Positions 22,566 to 29,449 of a stretch of 32,000 nucleotides of DNA are shown in pieces. Made by a program: the position numbers and the translations under genes. Origin of the DNA: Acaryochloris marina S15 (lineage in GTDB: Bacteria > Cyanobacteriota > Cyanobacteriia > Thermosynechococcales > Thermosynechococcaceae); the NCBI RefSeq assembly GCF_018336915.1, contig NZ_CP064923.1, positions 3,960,001-3,992,000 on the forward strand, given 5' to 3'. Below the pieces are notes generated by a model. That model did not search any database. It had not been told where the DNA came from and was given only the letters and a program-made list of their open reading frames with translations. Numbering within the stretch: position 1 is the stretch's first letter; each line of letters starts with the position of its first letter.

Positions 22566-23112
22566 AGAAATCTTCCTTTGGTATCTGTAGAGTAGTCAGT
22601 TATGTACTTCTGGATAAGCTGTCAGGTATTGACTGAAAAATTATGCGATTTTAGTAAAACATCACATTTGAGAAAGTGGTTTTAGAGTTTGCCCTTACTG
22701 ATAAGCACTAGGGAATAAATATCGTTAGCTCACCCTATTGATGTGATATTCAGCTACACGGTGGCTGTTAGGCCTAGCTGCTTCATCAACGAATAAGAGA
22801 GATAGAAGTATCTTTGAATCATTGGTTCTCTATAGTGTTGAGATTATGTGCGATAGGGCGTGAGAGATAGTGTTGAACTTTTTGTTAAGTTCCAATTTCT
22901 ATCATTCCTGTGAAAAACTGTTTAGGATTTAATTATGGTTAGGTAAAAGTCAAAAATTTATGTTTTTGTTGTATTTATTTCATGACCGTTTATTCATTGA
23001 TTTGTTTCTGCATCGTTAAACAAAAATAAGTACTGAAGGTGTTGACAAAAAATTGCTTGCATAATGACAGCTAGGCAGATTACGGCCTGAGCTATATTCT
23101 GGGAGCGAATTT

Positions 23113-26100
23113 GTGCCAATCGAAATAGGTCCGCTTGTTGGGGCGATCACAAAAATTGCCACACCTATTGCAGTCACTAAACTGCAACGGAATGAGGCCG
23201 TGATTAAACTGCTCAAGCAATTTGGTCTGGATCCTGAACACCCGCCTGCTGACTTTAGTGGTGTGTATGCCTATGCTCTAGTGGAATATTGTGTGGGCAA
23301 GCCTCCGCTGATGTTGGAGTTATTGCGGCAGGACGAAATTCGCCAGATTTTCAGGGAGTCATTTGAGCAAGATAATCCGAATATTCTGCTAGCTGAAGGG
23401 GAGCGTTATGTTCATGACTTTGCCTTAGGAGATGAGATTAGGGCTAAGGAAATTGACTACCCGCTTGAATTTGCACGTTTCAGTGCCATTTTTTTAGAAG
23501 TTGTCAATCGGACGAAAAAGCCTGCAGAGGTCAGACGCGATCAGAATATTGCCAATCTTCGTGATGGGTTAGATTTTGTCCAAGAACGACTTAATCGATT
23601 ACCAACAGTAGAAGCGATGCGAGCAGAGATGGCTCGCTTGGTTCCTCAAGCTGAACTGATGCTGCCAGGTGATAGCTCTGGGTGTAAAGAGAGTTGCCGA
23701 GCATATAGTCTGGCTCAGCAAATGCGCGGGTGGTTTGAGACGTTGGACTATGAGTTTGAGTCTTATGAGGCTTGGGAGGCAAACTACTTTGAGTGGATTA
23801 TTACTTATCGGGTGAGTCGGCGGCGGTTTAACCGTGTGCTGGTGAGAGGTGTGGATGGCGAGGGTGGCGTTGCAGATATTGAAGCTCTAGCGCAGTCGGT
23901 AAAAGGCCAACGTACTGATGAAGGATGGTTGGTGAGTAGTCGCCGATTGAGTCAGGCAGCAAAGGATTTGGTGGCCCAAACTGAGAATGAGTGTTTGGAG
24001 TGTTATACCTTTGATGAATTGTTGGATCAGGATGCAGATTTTAGTGGCTATTTGACTTGGCTGGAATCGGAGATTCTGAGCCGGAAGATTGATGAACAAT
24101 ATGTACCCCTAGCCTGCACGAAAGAAGAATTTAGTCCTCAAACTCAGCAACGAATTGCGTTAAGTCGATATGGCGAAGGAAATGGTTGGATTGATGGCTA
24201 TGTGGATGTGTGGTTGGATGACCCTGCCAAAGAACATATTTCTGTATTGGGAGAGTTTGGAACAGGAAAGACTTGGTTTACGCTGCACTATGCCTGGAAG
24301 GCTTTGCAAGACTATCGCGAAGCACAGCAACGAGGAACTGAGCGGCCTCGATTGCCTTTGGTGATTCCGCTGCGGGACTATGCCAAGGCTGTGAGTGTAG
24401 AGTCGCTGTTTTCGGAGTTTTTCTTTCGCAAGCATGAGATCCCGATTCCGGGATATTCGGCTTTTGAGCAGCTTAATCGAATGGGGAAGCTGCTGCTGAT
24501 CTTTGATGGCTTTGATGAGATGGCGGCGCGGGTGGATCGGCAGCAGATGATCAATAACTTTTGGGAGCTAGCCAAGGTCGTGGTGCCAGGGTCAAAGGCT
24601 ATTCTGACCTGTCGGACAGAACATTTCCCGGAAGCCAAGGAAGGGCGAGATTTACTGAATGCTGAGTTAAAGGCTTCGACCGCTGCCCTAACAGGTGAAC
24701 CGCCTCAATTTGAAGTGCTGGAGCTGGAAAAGTTTAATGAGGAGCAAATCCGGCAAGTGCTGTCCTTTCGAGCGGATGAGGAATCGGTGCAGCAAATTAT
24801 GGGCTATCCCCAGCTTTTAGATTTGGCCTGTCGCCCTGTGATGACGGAGTTGATTTTGGATGCGTTGCCGGAGATTACTGCTGGCAAACCAATCGACTTA
24901 GCTCGGGTGTATCTGTATGCTGTGCGGCGGAAGATGGAGCGGGATATTAAGGCAGAGCGGACCTTTACCTCCTTGGCGGATAAGCTCTATTTTCTGTGTG
25001 AGCTGTCTTGGGAAATGATCTTGTCGGATCAGATGCGACTGAACTATAAGCTTTTCCCAGAAAGGATTCGGAAACTATTTGGCCCGGTGGTACAGGAACA
25101 AACGGATCTGGACCATTGGCACTACGACATGATGGGGCAGTCGATGCTAATTCGGGATGCAGAGGGAAATTACAGCCCTGCCCATCGGTCACTGCTAGAG
25201 TTTTTTGTCGCCTACAAGTTGGTGGCCTTGTTGGGGGTTTTGGCTCCTGATTTTATTGAAATTGCTCAGGAGCAACCCCATGTCGATCAAGCGTTACTTC
25301 CACAGGAATATGGCTGGTGGGATTATTGCCAGCGACAAGTGGATGAGCAAGGTACTATCCAAAAGATTGCTCCTTTACTTCGGTTTAGATCTGGAGATAG
25401 GGAGAGTCTTCAGCCATTGCTAGTGCCTGCCCAATTGGCTAAGGCGATTTTAGATTTGGCTGTTCCAATGCTTGATTCAGCCCTAATGGTGGAACGGTTG
25501 CTTCCCCAAATTCAAGCTACTCGGGGACAAACTCAGGAGCAGGCAGGGTATTGGGGTGGTAACCTAACGCAGCTTTTGGTTGATAACAATCCTTGGGCGT
25601 TGGAAACCCATGATTTGAGCAACACCCATTTACAAGGGATTGATTTTGCAAATGTCAGCTTGCTACGAGTGAATTTAGCCAGAGCTAGCTTGGCAGAAGC
25701 CCATTTAAATAAAGTTCTAGGGACCATTTATACCATTGCTGTTAGCCCTGATGGTCAACTGTGGGCTATCGGAGAGGGCAACGGCAGACTGCAGATGTGG
25801 GATGCCAGTACCGGACGAGTGTTGTGGATTCGACAAGAACATTCTGCAGCAATTCAGTCGGTGGCCTTTAGCCCCGATGGCCAGCGGATTGTCAGTGGCA
25901 GTAAGGACCAAACCCTCCAACTCTGGGATGCCCAGGGCAACCCCATCGGCCAACCCTGGACAGGCCATACAGCTGGGGTCTTGTCGGTGGCCTTTAGCCC
26001 CGATGGCCAGCGGATTGTCAGTGGCAGTAATGACCAAACCCTCCGACTCTGGGATGCCCAGGGCAACCCCATCGGCCAACCCTGGACAGGCCATACAGCT

Positions 26101-27573
26101 GGGGTCTGGTCGGTGGCCTTTAGCCCCGATGGCCAGCGGATTGTCAGTGGCAGTAATGACCAAACCCTCCGACTCTGGGATGCCCAGGGCAACCCCATCG
26201 GCCAACCCTGGACAGGCCATACAGCTGGGGTCTTGTCGGTGGCCTTTAGCCCCGATGGCCAGCGGATTGTCAGTGGCAGTTATGACCAAACCCTCCGACT
26301 CTGGGATGCCCAGGGCAACCCCATCGGCCAACCCTGGACAGGCCATACAGATTGGGTCTGGTCGGTGGCCTTTAGCCCCGATGGCCAGCGGATTGTCAGT
26401 GGCAGTAATGACCAAACCCTCCGACTCTGGGATGCCCAGGGCAACCCCATCGGCGAACCCTGGACAGGCCATACAGCTGGAGTCTTATCGGTGGCCTTTA
26501 GCCCCGATGGCCAGCGGATTGTCAGTGGCAGTAATGACCAAACCCTCCGACTCTGGGATGCCCAGGGCAACCCCATCGGCCAACCCTGGACAGGCCATAC
26601 AGCTGGGGTCTGGTCGGTGGCCTTTAGCCCCGATGGCCAGCGGATTGTCAGTGGCAGTAATGACCAAACCCTCCGACTCTGGGATGCCCAGGGCAACCCC
26701 ATCGGCCAACCCTGGACAGGCCATACAGCTGGGGTCTTGTCGGTGGCCTTTAGCCCCGATGGCCAGCGGATTGTCAGTGGCAGTGATGACCAAACCCTCC
26801 GACTCTGGGATGCCCAGGGCAACCCCATCGGCCAACCCTGGACAGGCCATACAGATTGGGTCTGGTCGGTGGCCTTTAGCCCCGATGGCCAGCGGATTGT
26901 CAGTGGCAGTGATGACCAAACCCTCCGACTCTGGGATGCCCAGGGCAACCCCATCGGCCAACCCTGGACAGGCCATACAGCTGGGGTCTTGTCGGTGGCC
27001 TTTAGCCCCGATGGCCAGCGGATTGTCAGTGGCAGTGATGACCAAACCCTCCGACTCTGGGATGCCCAGGGCAACCCCATCGGCGGACCCTGGACAGGCC
27101 ATACAGCTCAGGTCTGGTCGGTGGCCTTTAGCCCCGATGGCCAGCGGATTGTCAGTGGCAGTGATGACCAAACCCTCCGGCTCTGGGATGCCCAGGGCAA
27201 CCCCATCGGCCAACCCTGGACAGGCCATACAGCTCAGGTCTGGTCGGTGGCCTTTAGCCCCGATGGCCAGCGGATTGTCAGTGGCAGTGATGACCAAACC
27301 CTCCGGCTCTGGGATGCCCAGGGCAACCCCATCGGCCAACCCTGGACAGGCCATACAGCTGGGGTCTTGTCGGTGGCCTTTAGCCCCGATGGCCAGCGGA
27401 TTGTCAGTGGCAGTGATGACCAAACCCTCCGACTCTGGGAGGTCGATACGGGCAAATGTTTAGCAGTCGTTCAAACAGGTTTATGTGGTGATATGAACTT
27501 TAGTGGCGCTCTGGGTTTAACAGAAGCCCAAAAGATGGCCTTGAAAGCGATGGGGGCTTACTGTAACGAATAG
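23113..27573 (+). CDS. NLR-like STAND NTPase: unknown helical N-terminus, restriction-endonuclease-like module, NACHT, short pentapeptide segment, 14 WD40 repeats.
   Basis: GTG start with GGGAG 7 nt upstream.
- Walker A: GEFGTGKT (nt 24250-24273)
- Walker B: LLLIFDGFDEM (nt ~24490-24522)
- Pentapeptide-like: LSNTHLQGIDFANVSLLRVNLARASLAEAHL
- Then 14 occurrences of the SPDGQ...LWD WD40 pattern
- Tail: ...GALGLTEAQKMALKAMGA. Confidence 0.93.
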   Translation: MPIEIGPLVGAITKIATPIAVTKLQRNEAVIKLLKQFGLDPEHPPADFSGVYAYALVEYCVGKPPLMLELLRQDEIRQIFRESFEQDNPNILLAEGERYVHDFALGDEIRAKEIDYPLEFARFSAIFLEVVNRTKKPAEVRRDQNIANLRDGLDFVQERLNRLPTVEAMRAEMARLVPQAELMLPGDSSGCKESCRAYSLAQQMRGWFETLDYEFESYEAWEANYFEWIITYRVSRRRFNRVLVRGVDGEGGVADIEALAQSVKGQRTDEGWLVSSRRLSQAAKDLVAQTENECLECYTFDELLDQDADFSGYLTWLESEILSRKIDEQYVPLACTKEEFSPQTQQRIALSRYGEGNGWIDGYVDVWLDDPAKEHISVLGEFGTGKTWFTLHYAWKALQDYREAQQRGTERPRLPLVIPLRDYAKAVSVESLFSEFFFRKHEIPIPGYSAFEQLNRMGKLLLIFDGFDEMAARVDRQQMINNFWELAKVVVPGSKAILTCRTEHFPEAKEGRDLLNAELKASTAALTGEPPQFEVLELEKFNEEQIRQVLSFRADEESVQQIMGYPQLLDLACRPVMTELILDALPEITAGKPIDLARVYLYAVRRKMERDIKAERTFTSLADKLYFLCELSWEMILSDQMRLNYKLFPERIRKLFGPVVQEQTDLDHWHYDMMGQSMLIRDAEGNYSPAHRSLLEFFVAYKLVALLGVLAPDFIEIAQEQPHVDQALLPQEYGWWDYCQRQVDEQGTIQKIAPLLRFRSGDRESLQPLLVPAQLAKAILDLAVPMLDSALMVERLLPQIQATRGQTQEQAGYWGGNLTQLLVDNNPWALETHDLSNTHLQGIDFANVSLLRVNLARASLAEAHLNKVLGTIYTIAVSPDGQLWAIGEGNGRLQMWDASTGRVLWIRQEHSAAIQSVAFSPDGQRIVSGSKDQTLQLWDAQGNPIGQPWTGHTAGVLSVAFSPDGQRIVSGSNDQTLRLWDAQGNPIGQPWTGHTAGVWSVAFSPDGQRIVSGSNDQTLRLWDAQGNPIGQPWTGHTAGVLSVAFSPDGQRIVSGSYDQTLRLWDAQGNPIGQPWTGHTDWVWSVAFSPDGQRIVSGSNDQTLRLWDAQGNPIGEPWTGHTAGVLSVAFSPDGQRIVSGSNDQTLRLWDAQGNPIGQPWTGHTAGVWSVAFSPDGQRIVSGSNDQTLRLWDAQGNPIGQPWTGHTAGVLSVAFSPDGQRIVSGSDDQTLRLWDAQGNPIGQPWTGHTDWVWSVAFSPDGQRIVSGSDDQTLRLWDAQGNPIGQPWTGHTAGVLSVAFSPDGQRIVSGSDDQTLRLWDAQGNPIGGPWTGHTAQVWSVAFSPDGQRIVSGSDDQTLRLWDAQGNPIGQPWTGHTAQVWSVAFSPDGQRIVSGSDDQTLRLWDAQGNPIGQPWTGHTAGVLSVAFSPDGQRIVSGSDDQTLRLWEVDTGKCLAVVQTGLCGDMNFSGALGLTEAQKMALKAMGAYCNE
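25861..27440 (+). repeat. In-frame tandem array of ~12.5 nearly identical 126-bp units (42-aa WD40 blades).
   Basis: GTGGCCTTTAGCCCCGATGGCCAGCGGATTGTCAGTGGCAGT recurs at 25861 + 126k for k = 0-12. Some units are 126/126 identical (25987 vs 26491; 26113 vs 26617). Confidence 0.97.
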
Positions 27574-27636
27574 TAGTCCCCGCACCTTTGCCAATGGATA
27601 TGCTTCAGTTAACAACCACCAGTATTCTGCTCACCC

Positions 27637-28566
27637 CTAGCTCTCTACAATCTCAACGGCGGAAGTCAGTTCCTTAAGCTCATCTGCCGATAGATCAGAC
27701 ACGATCGCATAGTGAAACTCACCATCACTCCAAAACACCCCACCCGGTCCATCTTGAATCGCTAGGTAAAGCTTCTCTGGCGTTAACTGGGGCAGTTCTG
27801 GTTTCTGGGAACGGGCAATTTGGTAAAACGATACCTGGCCATGTTGCTCCGTATCGTACATGATACGGACTCCCTTGGCCTTACCGAAGGTACAAACACT
27901 TCCCCCCAATAATTTAGAACTCATTTGGGAAAGAATCGGCATTGCCGAGGGCATGGGAGCCTGCGCTCTCAGTAGGGTCGCCAGCTCCATTGGTTGATTG
28001 CTGGGAATATCCACCGCCTTCAGCCCTTTTTTCAAGGACTTACGATGATCCACCAAGATTTGTTCTACCCCATGCCAGTTCTGATTGACGAACGTATCGG
28101 TGGTGGTAATGACAACATTCCTGGGAGTCGCCTGGTGCGTCGTGGGTGGCAGGGTTGCCATCAGATTTTTCTGCTCAGCTAACTCCTGCTGAACCTGAGC
28201 CAATTGGTGCTGAAAATGAACCGTCTGCACACCCAGAGCCACCGTGGTGACTGCCGCAATACTTCCAAAGATTTTGGCCCAAGGGCGGGGGGCTTTTGGA
28301 CTCGCTGTTCGCTGGGCAGGCGTCATAGGTTTGGTCTGGACCGCCGACTGCATCATCTGGTCCCGAGCCGAGGGTTGGGGCTGGGCTTCAGCCAGAGCAA
28401 AGGGCAATAGATCCAAGGTTTCTTGTAGCCCTGCCACCTCTTCCCACAAGGTAGGATGCTCGACCGCTAACTGTTGAAACTCAGCCATCTCTTCCGAGTC
28501 AAGGTTGCCAATCACATAGCCAGCAGCGAGTTCTTCAAATCGGTTGTGAGGGATAGGATCGACCAT
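27637..28566 (-). CDS. Putative membrane-spanning anti-sigma factor.
   Basis: It starts 4 nt after the ECF sigma stop. The N-terminal helical region (FEELAAGYVIGNLDSEEMAEF...) resembles anti-sigma domains. There is a single TM (IFGSIAAVTTVALGV) and an extracytoplasmic C-terminal domain. Confidence 0.65.
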   Translation of the reverse strand: MVDPIPHNRFEELAAGYVIGNLDSEEMAEFQQLAVEHPTLWEEVAGLQETLDLLPFALAEAQPQPSARDQMMQSAVQTKPMTPAQRTASPKAPRPWAKIFGSIAAVTTVALGVQTVHFQHQLAQVQQELAEQKNLMATLPPTTHQATPRNVVITTTDTFVNQNWHGVEQILVDHRKSLKKGLKAVDIPSNQPMELATLLRAQAPMPSAMPILSQMSSKLLGGSVCTFGKAKGVRIMYDTEQHGQVSFYQIARSQKPELPQLTPEKLYLAIQDGPGGVFWSDGEFHYAIVSDLSADELKELTSAVEIVES

Positions 28567-28570
28567 CAGA

Positions 28571-29185
28571 TTAAAGCTCCATTTGCGCTTGTAGAGACTG
28601 GCGAAGTTGAATCAGTCCCTTCCTCGCCCAGGTTTTGACCGTGCCTAATGGCTTGTCCAATTGCTCAGCAATTTGAGACTGACTGTATCCCCCGAAATAG
28701 CTGAGTTCTAATACTTGTCGATACTCACTGGGCAGTTCTGTTAAAGCCTGCTGGAGGACTTGGCGCTTTTCCGACTGACTGGCATGGTCCAAGGGGGTGA
28801 GAGAAGGCTTGGGCGACAAACTTTCCTGCCACTGGGACAAAATGCGACGACGATTCCCCTTCATCCGCAGTCGATCGATGGCTCGCGACCGAGTGACTGT
28901 AGCCAAAAAGCTCGATAGGGAGCCTCGACTGGGATTAAACGTACAGCGTTCCCACAGGCCCAGAAAGATCTCTTGCATTAAGTCTTCCGCTTCTGGGGAA
29001 TTGCCCAAAATTTTATAGGCCAGGGTATAGACCAAACTGGAATAGTGATCGAACAGATAGCCTAGAGCATCTAACTCCTGGCGCTTAATTGCCGCAACAA
29101 GTTCAACGGCATCTGCATAGTTAGCAGGAGGAACAGGGCGATTCTCCTCGGAGGATGGGTTGGGTTGAGGAACTTTCAAAAGCAT
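28571..29185 (-). CDS. ECF-type sigma-70 family RNA polymerase sigma factor.
   Basis: Region 2 (DLMQEIFLGLWER) and region 4 HTH (YSQSQIAEQLDKPLGTVKTWARKGL). The track start at 29206 is a GTG; an ATG lies at 29185. Confidence 0.88.
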   Translation of the reverse strand: MLLKVPQPNPSSEENRPVPPANYADAVELVAAIKRQELDALGYLFDHYSSLVYTLAYKILGNSPEAEDLMQEIFLGLWERCTFNPSRGSLSSFLATVTRSRAIDRLRMKGNRRRILSQWQESLSPKPSLTPLDHASQSEKRQVLQQALTELPSEYRQVLELSYFGGYSQSQIAEQLDKPLGTVKTWARKGLIQLRQSLQAQMEL

Positions 29186-29307
29186 TTGCCCACAGCAGGG
29201 TTGCACTCATTCTATATACGAGTCAGGTTTGCGATCGGATGTCGGTATCGCCAATTATTTTTTGACCACATCCAATTAACTCACTGGCTCGTACTGAAAG
29301 TAAGCCC

Positions 29308-29333
29308 AAAAAAAAGGGGGCATGGTTGCCCCC
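29308..29333 (-). terminator. Intrinsic-terminator-like hairpin plus U8 on the minus strand, with no upstream minus-strand gene.
   Basis: On the minus strand the sequence reads GGGGGCA-acca-TGCCCCC followed by TTTTTTTT (T-run = nt 29315-29308). It ends ~100-120 nt upstream of the ECF sigma start codon. Confidence 0.55.
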
Positions 29334-29449
29334 TAACATCACTTTATTTCTAGGACCCAGATTATCATGGCAATTCATGCAAAGCTAACCGGATGTCTTC
29401 AAGCCATAACTTCTCCGGCTGTAGCAAGTGATGATGCTTAGGGTTATAG

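Noticed and set aside
23042-23067. Perfect TTGACA as the -35 element of the NACHT promoter.
   Set aside because: The nearest -10-like hexamers (CATAAT at 23060, TAATGA at 23062) give spacers of only 12-14 bp, so I do not call a promoter. It is retained only as a note within the intergenic-region finding.
23113-23190. N-terminal peptide of the NACHT protein (MPIEIGPLVGAITKIATPIAVTKL) as a bacterial amyloid signalling motif of the kind paired with a neighbouring effector gene in some NLR-like systems.
   Set aside because: The segment is not G/N/Q-rich like described motifs. No adjacent small gene carries a matching C-terminal motif: the upstream 550 bp are non-coding and the downstream neighbour is an anti-sigma factor.
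23016-23216. 66-aa minus-strand ORF overlapping the NACHT start.
   Set aside because: It is antisense to the well-supported 5' end of the NACHT gene and runs into AT-rich spacer. It has no ribosome-binding site or recognisable motif.
25861-27440. Regularly spaced repeats that might be a CRISPR array.
   Set aside because: The units are contiguous 126-bp copies with no unique spacers, lie in frame within a long CDS, and encode canonical WD40 blades. No cas genes are nearby.
25717-27463. Long ORFs in alternative frames and on the minus strand across the WD40 array (575 aa on the + strand; 251, 312, 266, 114 and 73 aa on the - strand).
   Set aside because: They exist only because the 126-bp unit lacks stop codons in 4 of 6 frames and is repeated ~13 times. 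Their products are low-complexity repeats of the same unit. One minus frame is broken exactly where a unit carries the TTA variant. The WD40 frame has clear protein motifs and continuity with the NACHT domain.
29165-29353. 62-aa plus-strand ORF spanning the sigma-factor start and the spacer.
   Set aside because: It overlaps the sigma gene in antisense, crosses the terminator hairpin, and has no motif or ribosome-binding site.
29367-29441. 24-codon upstream ORF (MAIHAKLTGCLQAITSPAVASDDA) ending 8 nt before the NDH-2 start.
   Set aside because: It has no Shine-Dalgarno-like sequence and no recognisable leader-peptide logic. An ORF this short is expected by chance.
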